A stretch of DNA of 64,000 bases from a virus (taxonomy: Duplodnaviria > Caudoviricetes). The first letter of the stretch is position 1. Each line of letters begins with the position of its first letter. Location: the IMG/VR virus record IMGVR_UViG_3300017963_000189; one strand, written 5' to 3'. A program made the position numbers and the translations under genes. The notes under the pieces were generated by a model. The model saw only the letters and a program-made list of their open reading frames with translations. It ran no database searches and was not told the origin of the DNA. Below, one piece after another: positions 1-8,732 of this stretch.

Positions 1-192
1 ATCATCAAATCGCTGGAACGCTTTTCGGTACTCGTGTACTCGATTCCCAAAACTAAACTCGCCCATGTTTTGACCTAAAATATGTAAATCTAATCCAAAC
101 TTCTCACAACTTTCTAATAATGATCCACCAGCTAATTTTCCGACATATGTATGAATAGGCTCAGTTTCTACTGAACATACGTGTAACTTCAT
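1..192 (-). CDS. N-terminal fragment (runs off the window) of a putative PLOD/procollagen-type glycosyltransferase domain protein
   Basis: Translated by hand, not in the ORF track. The ATG at 192 overlaps the TGA of the upstream gene (ATGA). It reads MKLHVCSVETEPIHTYVGKLAGGSLLESCEKFGLDLHILGQNMGEFSFGNRVHEYRKAFQRFDD with no stop, resembling the N-terminus of PLOD-type GT-A domains. The DxD motif would lie outside the window. Confidence 0.45.
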   Translation of the reverse strand, partial: MKLHVCSVETEPIHTYVGKLAGGSLLESCEKFGLDLHILGQNMGEFSFGNRVHEYRKAFQRFDD

Positions 193-533
193 ATAATTTC
201 CTTTGGAATTAATATAGATTTTTCCTTAGTCTTTACATAGATTTGTGAAACCACATTTAAAACTGATCTCATACCCATTTTGTTTGTCTCGTAAATCAAA
301 ACATTTTCTTTCAGGGACGCTTCCTGAATGTCTTGTGGATAATCCTTCATACATGGTATAATGATAACAAGAGTTTTGTTGTATATTTTTAATAGATTAG
401 CAATATTCGTAAAGAAAGTGTCGCCCTTGTTTCCAAAGGCGACAAACCTCTCACAATCCTTGTTCTCTACAATAAACTTGTCTAACTCTCGATTCACATA
501 ACTTATTTCTTCATAATCAAAAAACTTTTTCAT
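189..533 (-). CDS. hypothetical protein
   Basis: 114-aa ORF in series with its neighbours; GAGAG RBS; TATTTGTA variant of the promoter-like motif upstream. Confidence 0.7.
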   Translation of the reverse strand: MKKFFDYEEISYVNRELDKFIVENKDCERFVAFGNKGDTFFTNIANLLKIYNKTLVIIIPCMKDYPQDIQEASLKENVLIYETNKMGMRSVLNVVSQIYVKTKEKSILIPKEII

Positions 534-566
534 ACATATTATACTCTCTCAATACAAATAAGTTCC

Positions 567-1052
567 CTAATTTCCTGTTGAACCAAATCCACCTGCACCT
601 CTGTCAGTATCGTCTAATTCGTCAACTTCCACTATTGTTGGCGTCACAACAGGACAAATAACCATTTGCGCAATCCTATCACCTTTTTTAAATTTAAAAT
701 CTATTGTTGATTCATTTCTAAGAATTACTTTTATCTCTCCACGATAATCATTGTCTACCGTTCCCGGTGTATTTACTATCGTTATTGATCGTTTAGCAGC
801 TAAACCACTTCTCGGGCGAATTTGTGCTTCCCACGTAATTTTTTGTCTAAAATCTACTCCAAGTTCATAAGGATATACATTTGTCTCTAAAGGTTTCGGT
901 AATTGAATAGCAATACCGGTTCTAACCATTGATTGATCATTTGGATATACAATTCCATCCTCAAGAGCATATAAATCCATTCCAGAATCAGTAGGATTTG
1001 ATCTTGTTGGTATAATAGCATCTTCGTGTAACTTCTTAATTTTCAGTTTCAT
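567..1052 (-). CDS. dut: trimeric dUTPase
   Basis: All five motifs present: SGMDL, RPRSG, GTVDNDYRG, RIAQMV, RGAGGFGSTG. Confidence 0.97.
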   Translation of the reverse strand: MKLKIKKLHEDAIIPTRSNPTDSGMDLYALEDGIVYPNDQSMVRTGIAIQLPKPLETNVYPYELGVDFRQKITWEAQIRPRSGLAAKRSITIVNTPGTVDNDYRGEIKVILRNESTIDFKFKKGDRIAQMVICPVVTPTIVEVDELDDTDRGAGGFGSTGN

Positions 1053-3078
1053 TTTCCACTCCTACTTTTATTTCTTCAATTTCAGTTGTCAACTCACAAA
1101 CATCATTGTTACAAAATTTATCAACTACTGCTTCGTGTTGTTCTACATTTGTAAAATCAAGTTTCTTTACTTTCTTTAGTTTCTCCTTATAATCTTCCTC
1201 ACTAATTTCTTCGTAAGGCATTTGTGGATATGAACCACCATTGATTTTAGGTAAAAATGATATACCCTTGAGTTGATATTGAAAAAAGTTCAACGCATTA
1301 GCTATATTTTTTCCCTCTTTATCAGGATCAAATGTTATCGTACAACTTACTTGATTGTCTGCCCAATGTCTCTGCATAAAGGCAGCTAACGAAAGTTGTT
1401 CCCACATTGAAACCTCATTTATAGTCCGTATTCCCTCTCCAACATCAACAGGAAAATCGACCACTAATGAACTTGGATCACCAAATGCTTCTTCTATGTT
1501 ATATTTTGCTCTTTTCAATGGTTTTACTAATTTTGAGTTTTTTGCCAATCTCATTCGACGAATATAAAATCTCGATTCCGGATAATGTACTCCAGGTGTC
1601 GCTCCAGCTAACAGGGAAACTGTACCACTCGGTTTTACACTCGTTGTTTTTACTGATTTAGGGATTGCTAACCATTCACTATAAATTGTATCATAATCTT
1701 GTATTGTATTATATCCCGTTTCTAACCATTGGCGAAGTGTCTCAATACCATTCTTTGTAATAAATTGAGCAACTCCACTCACTGAACAACCAATACGACG
1801 ATTCCTTAACATTACTCGATTTGTTTCCGGCCAATGTGTTTGTCCAAGTGTTACTGTTTTACTATAAAGGTAGGCGTATTTGAGTGTCTTGAGATAATCT
1901 TCGAGGCTTTCGTGTCTCATTGGAAATGTTTCTACTAAGTTACATAACTCATATGATTCTAATGATTGTTCTACACAAGGATTTACACCTTTGGCACGAA
2001 AATCCTTGTTGTCCATTCCATTCTTTATTCGTGAATACCCTTGTATATTCTCTAACCATACATATCCAGGTTCTCCGTTATGCCAGGTTCTATCAGCTGC
2101 TTTCGTGTAATCCATTCCTAATGTAGCATAAATACTATTGTTCGATGTCCAACCATATTCCGCACGTTCAGGATTTATATCATAATTTTTTAGATTCAAG
2201 TATTCTTCATCATCAGCTTCGCCAATCGCAATCTCAGCGGTTCGGCGTACATTTCCTGCTACTACCGCTTTTCCAATGAAGTTCATTATATCAACTATCG
2301 CTCGTACCGTTATCGGCTTACCGACGAGTGGTTCTAAAACTTCTCGTATATTGTAATGTAATTTTACTAATGGATCAGGTCCTGACGAAACTCCACCGAA
2401 GCCACGAATAGGCTCCCCAGGTCCTCTAACTAATGAAAAATCAAACAAGATGTCAGGTTGTCCAGTAAAATAAGCGTCTATCAACTTCCCAACACTCTCT
2501 ACCCAACCCTCTCTTGTATCAGGTATTACAAATGTCTCAAAATCCTTTTCTTTATTTATACCCTTTATAACAATTTCGCCAGAACCCTTAGTGTCAAATC
2601 CAACTCCCACACCAAGCATACTGGCGTCCATCAAAAATGTAAATGGTTTCGATAAATCGTGTTTCAAATCCTCAGTTGAAACAAAAGCGCAGTTATTTAA
2701 CGCAGCAAATAACCCTTTTTCTTCCGTGATAGGCGTTCCCATCGCCCATAAACCTCTACCCGGCGGTAGAAATTTCATGTTGTACATTCGATCAAACATT
2801 TCTTTTGCTGAAGCTTGTGCTTTCCACTCATTCCAATATAAACGATTTCCCATGATCCACTTTTTCTGCATATTGTATGCTCCATTGACCACTCGGGCAA
2901 CAGTCTCCCACCATTGCTCGTTTGTTCCATCGTCTTTTATCCGGGAATAAGTGCGCATATATACAAGATAACCCAAACCATTGAAACCAAATGGCGGGAT
3001 TTCATCTTTATATTTTTCAAGGAAAGCTTCAGACAGTGAGAAAGGCTTAAAATCATCCAAATATCTGTCTGTAGGCAT
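1036..3078 (-). CDS. nrdJ: class II adenosylcobalamin-dependent ribonucleoside-triphosphate reductase (monomeric RTPR type)
   Basis: Motifs FLPPGRGLW, NNCAF, NPCVE, ELCNL, TTSVKPSGTVSLLAG and C-terminal FCNNDVC; AAGGAG RBS; no NrdB nearby. Confidence 0.95.
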   Translation of the reverse strand: MPTDRYLDDFKPFSLSEAFLEKYKDEIPPFGFNGLGYLVYMRTYSRIKDDGTNEQWWETVARVVNGAYNMQKKWIMGNRLYWNEWKAQASAKEMFDRMYNMKFLPPGRGLWAMGTPITEEKGLFAALNNCAFVSTEDLKHDLSKPFTFLMDASMLGVGVGFDTKGSGEIVIKGINKEKDFETFVIPDTREGWVESVGKLIDAYFTGQPDILFDFSLVRGPGEPIRGFGGVSSGPDPLVKLHYNIREVLEPLVGKPITVRAIVDIMNFIGKAVVAGNVRRTAEIAIGEADDEEYLNLKNYDINPERAEYGWTSNNSIYATLGMDYTKAADRTWHNGEPGYVWLENIQGYSRIKNGMDNKDFRAKGVNPCVEQSLESYELCNLVETFPMRHESLEDYLKTLKYAYLYSKTVTLGQTHWPETNRVMLRNRRIGCSVSGVAQFITKNGIETLRQWLETGYNTIQDYDTIYSEWLAIPKSVKTTSVKPSGTVSLLAGATPGVHYPESRFYIRRMRLAKNSKLVKPLKRAKYNIEEAFGDPSSLVVDFPVDVGEGIRTINEVSMWEQLSLAAFMQRHWADNQVSCTITFDPDKEGKNIANALNFFQYQLKGISFLPKINGGSYPQMPYEEISEEDYKEKLKKVKKLDFTNVEQHEAVVDKFCNNDVCELTTEIEEIKVGVENETEN

Positions 3079-3174
3079 ACGTAGTTCTCCTTTAACATTA
3101 ACTTTTCCGTGTGAATTTCTGTAAACTGTTTGAGGCTTTTATGATGTGTAGTAAATTTTTCTCAACCTCGCTTA

Positions 3175-3182
3175 TATAAATA
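3175..3182 (-). promoter_or_regulatory. TATTTATA promoter-like motif upstream of nrdJ
   Basis: One of 13 intergenic copies seen, all in the same orientation relative to the downstream minus-strand gene. Confidence 0.6.
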
Positions 3183-3263
3183 TAGACGAAATTAAAAAAC
3201 ACATATAAAGAATTATACTATTTTGCTAAAGGAAAGTTCCCTAATCGGTAGGTATTTTATTAA

Positions 3264-3842
3264 TTATTTAAATAATTTTTCCCAATCTTTTTTTAACTCT
3301 AACTTATATTTATCTAATAACTTAGATGAAATACTATTAATGCAATATCCCTTTCTTTGTGGATTTTCTAATTCATCAACAGGAATTAAAGAAAAATTCC
3401 AATTATTTATATTTTTACGAACTTCTTTTTTATCTCGTCCTTTATAGTGAATTAACGTAACCAAAACCGCATCAAATTCATCAATACTATATGGAGTATA
3501 ACCATTAAGTGAATTATTTACATTTTTATCAGAATTTCTCCTTGTATTTTCAAAACAAATTTGTCTTGAGTACGGAGTTTTACCATCAACTTGTCTCAAC
3601 TTACTTTGGATTTTTTTATATTTGAGATTTGTATATATATCAAAACCTGCACCATTACCATCATCATTTATAACATCACTTACAACATTATTTCCTAAAT
3701 AATATTTTATCAAATCACATTGAATATACTCATTTGCTTCTGCAACAGTTTTTCCCCATTCTCTAAGACATTTTCTCAATACAAATCCATTTTCAATAAA
3801 ATCTCTAACATCCTTATCAGTTATAATACTATTATCTAACAA
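3264..3842 (-). CDS. putative restriction-endonuclease-like PD-(D/E)XK nuclease
   Basis: GAGFDIY...KIQSKLRQ fits a D...(Q/E)xK nuclease core. Start moved from 3878 to the in-frame TTG at 3842, which follows a GGAGAG RBS; the 3878 TTG lies inside a terminator hairpin. Confidence 0.5.
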   Translation of the reverse strand: MLDNSIITDKDVRDFIENGFVLRKCLREWGKTVAEANEYIQCDLIKYYLGNNVVSDVINDDGNGAGFDIYTNLKYKKIQSKLRQVDGKTPYSRQICFENTRRNSDKNVNNSLNGYTPYSIDEFDAVLVTLIHYKGRDKKEVRKNINNWNFSLIPVDELENPQRKGYCINSISSKLLDKYKLELKKDWEKLFK

Positions 3843-3863
3843 ATTTCTCTCCAATCTTTTAAT

Positions 3864-3895
3864 AAAAAACCCATTCAATATTGAATGGGCTTTTT
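3864..3895 (-). terminator. intrinsic terminator (probably bidirectional)
   Basis: CCCATTCAA-TA-TTGAATGGG stem with A/T runs on both sides. Confidence 0.8.
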
Positions 3896-3904
3896 AATTT
3901 TTTA

Positions 3905-4276
3905 TTAGAACCAACGCATCAACGAAATCCGGCGATTGGCAGATTCCTTGTGACCTACAAAACGAGTTGTATGACCACCATCAAAACGTCTCTTTAAAGA
4001 CATTTTTTCGAAACCACTAATCATAGCAGCAAGAGTGAATAACTTTTTTAGTGTCGCCTTACGTCTTTCAATACGACCGGGATCAAGAATGGAAACAATA
4101 TCTTCCAACATCTTGACGTTGGCTTCGGCGTTCCGGCGACCACACTCAGGACAATTATATGCTTTCGCACGTCCTACCATTACACCTATTGCGAAATGTT
4201 CGCCCTTTTCTATGCTAAAGGGAACGGTCACTTTATGACCACATTTGTATTCTACATCAACCATTGTTTTTGACAT
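3905..4276 (-). CDS. early hypothetical protein with putative Zn-binding motif
   Basis: CGH...CPEC motif; directly downstream of the sigma70-type promoter at 4309-4337. Confidence 0.7.
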   Translation of the reverse strand: MSKTMVDVEYKCGHKVTVPFSIEKGEHFAIGVMVGRAKAYNCPECGRRNAEANVKMLEDIVSILDPGRIERRKATLKKLFTLAAMISGFEKMSLKRRFDGGHTTRFVGHKESANRRISLMRWF

Positions 4277-4308
4277 CTTATAACCTCTTTCTTTATTTAC
4301 GTTACTTA

Positions 4309-4337
4309 AATATACGAAATAAAAGCATTCTTGTCAA
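4309..4337 (-). promoter_or_regulatory. sigma70-type early promoter
   Basis: TTGACA-N17-TATATT preceded by an A-rich AAAAACAG element. Confidence 0.85.
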
Positions 4338-4354
4338 CTGTTTTTTTACTTTTT

Positions 4355-4558
4355 TTATCGCTGACCAAATCTTTTATCATCTATCCACATAACTAAAGTA
4401 TCTTCCGTAGGATATAACATAACCTTTAATCCCGCATCCATCACTTTATCAATAATCGCTGTTCGTTTGCGTTTCGTGTATTCAAATTCTTCTTGATGTT
4501 TATATCCAAGAACGTGTTCCCAATTCGAATACCAATACGCTACCATAATTTTTTTCAT
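4355..4558 (-). CDS. small early hypothetical protein
   Basis: 67 aa; overlaps the stop of the upstream ORF. Confidence 0.7.
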   Translation of the reverse strand: MKKIMVAYWYSNWEHVLGYKHQEEFEYTKRKRTAIIDKVMDAGLKVMLYPTEDTLVMWIDDKRFGQR

Positions 4559-4776
4559 GATTCTCTCCTATCAATATTCCATACCAAACCGGATAAAGTG
4601 TTCGAAGAATCCCAATAATGAAATCCACCACCTTTAACCGTCCACCAGGGATAAGTCATACCGGGTTGTTTATTGATCCAATATTTCTTACCATTTAGAT
4701 TATACTCATAACGACCACCGCGGTGGCGAATAAGTTCACCTTTGTATTCATAGTCACGAATATATTTTTTCATCAA
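4555..4776 (-). CDS. small early hypothetical protein
   Basis: 73 aa, aromatic-rich; coupled overlaps on both sides. Confidence 0.7.
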   Translation of the reverse strand: MMKKYIRDYEYKGELIRHRGGRYEYNLNGKKYWINKQPGMTYPWWTVKGGGFHYWDSSNTLSGLVWNIDRRES

Positions 4777-5039
4777 CTGTACCTCGCTACTAATTTACCA
4801 TTGTAATAAACTTCGCGGGTAAAAAGAATCGGTGTCCAACCCAATTCTTTGCGACGCGCGTCAGCGTGAGCAATCTTCCACGCTTTTGTGAAAAGAGTAT
4901 TAGTAACAACTTCAAAGCCACTATTATACTTGTGACCACCTGGTGCAAAAGTATCAGCTTCTGCCCATTGAATCTTGACAGTCCAAGTACCACGAACTGA
5001 AAACTTTACATCTTTACTTTTGAAATCGTAACGAAACAT
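4773..5039 (-). CDS. small early hypothetical protein
   Basis: 88 aa; AAGGAG RBS; follows the promoter at 5078-5106. Confidence 0.75.
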   Translation of the reverse strand: MFRYDFKSKDVKFSVRGTWTVKIQWAEADTFAPGGHKYNSGFEVVTNTLFTKAWKIAHADARRKELGWTPILFTREVYYNGKLVARYS

Positions 5040-5077
5040 TTTTAACTCCTTTAGTTGTTATCTCAATTAACTACTAT

Positions 5078-5106
5078 AATATACGAAATTCAGATGTATT
5101 TGTCAA
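5078..5106 (-). promoter_or_regulatory. sigma70-type early promoter
   Basis: TTGACA-N17-TATATT with upstream AAAAACCAGAAAACAG. Confidence 0.88.
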
Positions 5107-5134
5107 CTGTTTTCTGGTTTTTCTGGTAAATTTT

Positions 5135-5527
5135 TTATAGGGAAAATCGTAAACTTACGGTGTAACCGCTTCGTTGTAACGTGTTGATGTTTAATATGAC
5201 GGGCGTCCATGATATGATGTTATATACAATTAAAGCTAATCTTCGTTGTCCTACCGATGATGTAAAATTCTTTATTACCATTATTCCGAATGCAGATATG
5301 ATCACTTTCGTGGCGAATAACTGTGTCATACTGGGATGCGAGCCGTATAAAGGATTTACCTCTTTCATCCCATATGTATTTATCGCATGATTTGTTAAGC
5401 CGTAATCTAATACCTGCGCTATTACAAAAGTGGACGCTAACGTATAATCTACGGGCGTCCACTCCAATGAATCTTGACCAAAAATACAAATTGGTATCAA
5501 TAAGAATATTATTAAACGGTGTGCCAT
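5135..5527 (-). CDS. membrane protein, DUF5658-like
   Basis: N-terminal hydrophobic stretch, LDYGLT...GMKEVNP motif and two further hydrophobic helices. Confidence 0.6.
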   Translation of the reverse strand: MAHRLIIFLLIPICIFGQDSLEWTPVDYTLASTFVIAQVLDYGLTNHAINTYGMKEVNPLYGSHPSMTQLFATKVIISAFGIMVIKNFTSSVGQRRLALIVYNIISWTPVILNINTLQRSGYTVSLRFSL

Positions 5528-6468
5528 TCTCTAATCATCCTCTTTACTAATTCTTGTACTTCATTGTATCTCGGACGTTTCGGTAACGCGGTATACTCAA
5601 CAGCATCATGAATCTTAGCTTCAAGTTCCTCAGCGTAATCCAAAACGTATTTCATTTCCCACTTTCCTAACTTCACATCCAAAATAGTTTGACGATAACG
5701 TAAAGGAAATTCGAGGCGTCCGGTGGACAATAATTCTTTTCCCTCTAACATCAATCGAACTAAATGTGATGCAAATTTAGTGTCATATCCATGAGAAGTT
5801 AACAAATCTTTCCTATTGGTAGCTTTAGACAATCTTTCATCAATCATCTTCTTTACTTTCCTCAACATGAAATGTCTTTGGAAATTTAAGTCACCAATAA
5901 GAATGTTGTCGCCTTTAACACTCATAAATGGAAGTTTCTTGTCAAGAATCTCAACTAACAATTTCTTTCCATCTTCAGGAGATTTAATAAATCCATACAA
6001 CCAATCTTGAGCATTCTCAAGGGAATGATAATTGTCAGTGCGAATCACCATCTTGTGTTTTTGACTAAAAGCATATCCAAGAAATTTTTCCTTTAATCCA
6101 CGATGCGGGAACAAATGAGCGTTCCTCAAAAGTTCCTTTCCCCAAAAGTTACTGTAAACTAAGTTTGCTTCGTTAACAAACATTTGTTCCAAAATATTCG
6201 GGTTATTATCCATCGCCAGACGAACAAACTTTCTCAACTCATAAATCACCATATCAACGGCGTTTTCGTCGTTCTTTCCATCGTCCTTTTTAGACTTGAT
6301 ACTCAAATCAACTTCGTCGGCACGTTCGAATCCAAATACCATGTCCTCACTCGGCATGAAAACTCCACTGTAATCAGTGTCACTGGTTGGAGTTGCAGTT
6401 CCATACAACCTTGACCCAACCATATATTCTAAAATCTTATTTTCTTTCGCAACTTCTCTCGCGTTCAT
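5512..6468 (-). CDS. RlaP-like nucleotidyltransferase (Pol beta superfamily)
   Basis: VGSRLYGTATPTSDTDYSGVF (GS...DxD), NPNILE and GYDTKFASHLVRL motifs. Confidence 0.85.
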   Translation of the reverse strand: MNAREVAKENKILEYMVGSRLYGTATPTSDTDYSGVFMPSEDMVFGFERADEVDLSIKSKKDDGKNDENAVDMVIYELRKFVRLAMDNNPNILEQMFVNEANLVYSNFWGKELLRNAHLFPHRGLKEKFLGYAFSQKHKMVIRTDNYHSLENAQDWLYGFIKSPEDGKKLLVEILDKKLPFMSVKGDNILIGDLNFQRHFMLRKVKKMIDERLSKATNRKDLLTSHGYDTKFASHLVRLMLEGKELLSTGRLEFPLRYRQTILDVKLGKWEMKYVLDYAEELEAKIHDAVEYTALPKRPRYNEVQELVKRMIREWHTV

Positions 6469-6653
6469 TTCTTTTCCTTATTCTTAAACTGAAAATGATA
6501 TTCATCTTCACCTTTATCAATCGTATCTATAATCCTTGATAAAAATTGAATGGGAGCAGTAGTTCCACCGGCCCAAGCAAGATTATAAACCGTTACTTCA
6601 CTACGAATATGTTGATATACATCGTCGTCAATTAATAAAGTAATTTTTTTCAA
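6465..6653 (-). CDS. small hypothetical protein (possible ribbon-helix-helix-like N-terminus)
   Basis: TTG start with GGAG RBS behind the promoter at 6678-6706; starts MKKITLLIDDDVYQHI. Confidence 0.65.
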   Translation of the reverse strand: MKKITLLIDDDVYQHIRSEVTVYNLAWAGGTTAPIQFLSRIIDTIDKGEDEYHFQFKNKEKK

Positions 6654-6677
6654 TTAAAACTCCATTTCTTTGATATA

Positions 6678-6706
6678 AAGTTACGAAATAAAAATGTATT
6701 TGTCAA
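6678..6706 (-). promoter_or_regulatory. sigma70-type early promoter
   Basis: TTGACA-N17-TAACTT; spacer and upstream AAAACAG resemble the other copies. Confidence 0.8.
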
Positions 6707-6721
6707 CTGTTTTCTGATAAA

Positions 6722-7015
6722 TTATGAAGATAATGACGTTTTTTCAAATACTCTCCAATTATCACCATCAAAGATTGTTATAACATAATGATAATGTGGC
6801 GTTTTCTTCATATTACAATAACATTCATCCTGCCACTCCCGACCACCATTAATCTTTTTATATTCTAATGATAAGATTGTGTGAACTAAACCAAACGCAC
6901 TTATTGGATTTAAATGTTCAATAATTTCTGGCTCAAGATTTGTCCTACTCCTTATTAATTCTTTCGCCTTTTCATACTTTCTTTTTTCTTTTCCTAATAC
7001 TTTTCTCACTACCAT
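6722..7015 (-). CDS. hypothetical protein
   Basis: 97 aa; GGAGGGG RBS. Confidence 0.7.
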   Translation of the reverse strand: MVVRKVLGKEKRKYEKAKELIRSRTNLEPEIIEHLNPISAFGLVHTILSLEYKKINGGREWQDECYCNMKKTPHYHYVITIFDGDNWRVFEKTSLSS

Positions 7016-7074
7016 ATCCCCTCCGAAAAGTTGGTATGATTTTTGTACAATTATATGGTATAAAAACCATTCAA

Positions 7075-7082
7075 TATAAATA
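7075..7082 (-). promoter_or_regulatory. TATTTATA promoter-like motif
   Basis: Exact copy in the divergent intergenic region, 60 nt upstream of 6722..7015. Confidence 0.5.
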
Positions 7083-7095
7083 GGAGAATAAAAAA

Positions 7096-7788
7096 ATGAG
7101 TATCAAACTATTGTTTCTTATTGTGATAAGTCTACTCTTATCCTCTTGTTACACACACTTTCGTTACGTCTATACCGAAGAACCTGTAGACGAAGTTTAC
7201 ATTTATGATGTCAACTATGTTTACACTAATCTTTGGTATGACGATTTCTACTGGCGTTACGATGTCTCTAATTACTATTGTACATTTGGTTTATATTATT
7301 ATTCGCCAGGGTACTATGGCTACCCTTACCACTATAAATATAAACCATACTATTATCATAAACGCCCGTATTATAAACGCCATTGGAAAAAACGCCGTCA
7401 TAATGTTGATAAAAACCCACGTTATAGACCAAAACGACACTTATTGATGGGAAAAACCAACATTAAAAAATCTCAAAAAAATGTCCTGCTAAACCGTAAA
7501 AAATTCAAAAAAAGAAAGGTAATAGGACAAAAATCGAGACAGAATGTCCAGATAAAAAATCGTATCACGACAAAATCTCGTCAAAATGTCGAAATACGTA
7601 AAAAACGACAAAATAAACGTAATTATCACGACACACAAAAACGTGTCCACCGAACACCCTCGTTCAAAAAACAAGTCCAAAAAACGAGAAAAAATACCCA
7701 CGTTCAAAAACGTAATAATTCGGCTTTCAAATCAAAAATTAATAAAAAATCTCAAAGAGCAAATGTTAAAAGAAAAGGGCGAAAATAA
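7096..7788 (+). CDS. predicted lipoprotein with Tyr-rich core and Lys/Arg-rich repetitive tail
   Basis: AGGAGA RBS; signal peptide ending in lipobox LSS-C; the only convincing plus-strand gene; its stop lies in a bidirectional terminator. Confidence 0.8.
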   Translation: MSIKLLFLIVISLLLSSCYTHFRYVYTEEPVDEVYIYDVNYVYTNLWYDDFYWRYDVSNYYCTFGLYYYSPGYYGYPYHYKYKPYYYHKRPYYKRHWKKRRHNVDKNPRYRPKRHLLMGKTNIKKSQKNVLLNRKKFKKRKVIGQKSRQNVQIKNRITTKSRQNVEIRKKRQNKRNYHDTQKRVHRTPSFKKQVQKTRKNTHVQKRNNSAFKSKINKKSQRANVKRKGRK

Positions 7789-7800
7789 TCGCCCTTTTTT
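7773..7800. terminator. bidirectional intrinsic terminator between convergent genes
   Basis: AAAAGGGCGA-AAATAA-TCGCCCTTTT(TT). Confidence 0.85.
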
Positions 7801-7802
7801 AC

Positions 7803-8702
7803 TTATTTTTCTTTATTTTTCGCTAAATATTTCGGCGAATATCTAAGATAACATTGTGTCGCAGGCAAATCTACACTATAACCCTCACTATCTACTTTTA
7901 TAAGTGCTGGTGTTTCTCTCGATGGATTTTTTGTCAATAAATCATTTATACGAGTAGAAATATGTGTCCATGGCTCAGCATCTGGTTCATATTCCATATG
8001 TTTTCTGTTGACTTCACTCAATAAATCTTTGTAGTGAATTTGTCCATATTCTTCAATGGTTTCTTTGATAAGAGAAACTTGAGAATACTCAGATTTATAT
8101 GTACTCGATCTTAATTCAGTTAAATCATTACTCTCAAACCAATTAAAAATACTAGCATTATTATCTAAATGTTTCATGAAAATTTCATGTAATTCTGGAA
8201 ATGTAAAATAAAATGTAGAATATTCTTTTGCAACCACTAAGGCTTTTTCTTTTATAAAAAGTGTTCCGAGTTCTCCAAAATCCAAACGCTCTTTATAAAC
8301 TTCTTTATCAAGAATACTTTTATATATAACAAGTTGTTCTTTATATAGATCACTACCTATTTTTACTTCTATATAAAAAATTCCATTACCATATTTTTTT
8401 GACTTTATACGTAAAACAATATCAAGACGCCTATCATGTATTTCCTCTCCATCAGACGCATAAATAACTTCTTTTTTAGGTTCTTCTCTACTTACACTAT
8501 ATTCTATTTCATCATCCGAAAAATCATATTTTTTAGTCTTTTCACCTATTAGTGTAATTATTTCATCAGCAACCTTTGGATTATTATTAATATACAAACA
8601 AACTCCACCAGTCACTTTAACCTCTTGACCACCACCAACTATATCTATCCAATATTTTTCTTGATCTTCCATCAGTGGATTTCTATTACAACGAATTTTC
8701 AT
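7803..8702 (-). CDS. PD-(D/E)XK superfamily nuclease with possible C-terminal winged-helix domain
   Basis: RRLDIVL...FYIEVKIGS...EQLVIY; directly behind an early promoter. Confidence 0.7.
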   Translation of the reverse strand: MKIRCNRNPLMEDQEKYWIDIVGGGQEVKVTGGVCLYINNNPKVADEIITLIGEKTKKYDFSDDEIEYSVSREEPKKEVIYASDGEEIHDRRLDIVLRIKSKKYGNGIFYIEVKIGSDLYKEQLVIYKSILDKEVYKERLDFGELGTLFIKEKALVVAKEYSTFYFTFPELHEIFMKHLDNNASIFNWFESNDLTELRSSTYKSEYSQVSLIKETIEEYGQIHYKDLLSEVNRKHMEYEPDAEPWTHISTRINDLLTKNPSRETPALIKVDSEGYSVDLPATQCYLRYSPKYLAKNKEK

Positions 8703-8732
8703 TATATAACCTTTCTTTATTTGTCTATTACT

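Noticed and set aside
3079-3263. Cobalamin riboswitch upstream of the B12-dependent RNR
   Set aside because: The region is AT-rich and I saw no B12-box or GGGAA core.
3843-3878. ORF-track start (TTG at 3878) for the nuclease-like gene
   Set aside because: It lies inside the terminator stem; the in-frame TTG at 3842 has a GGAGAG RBS.
6324-6333. GTTCGAATCC tRNA T-loop-like sequence
   Set aside because: It is inside the nucleotidyltransferase CDS with no acceptor, D or anticodon arms.
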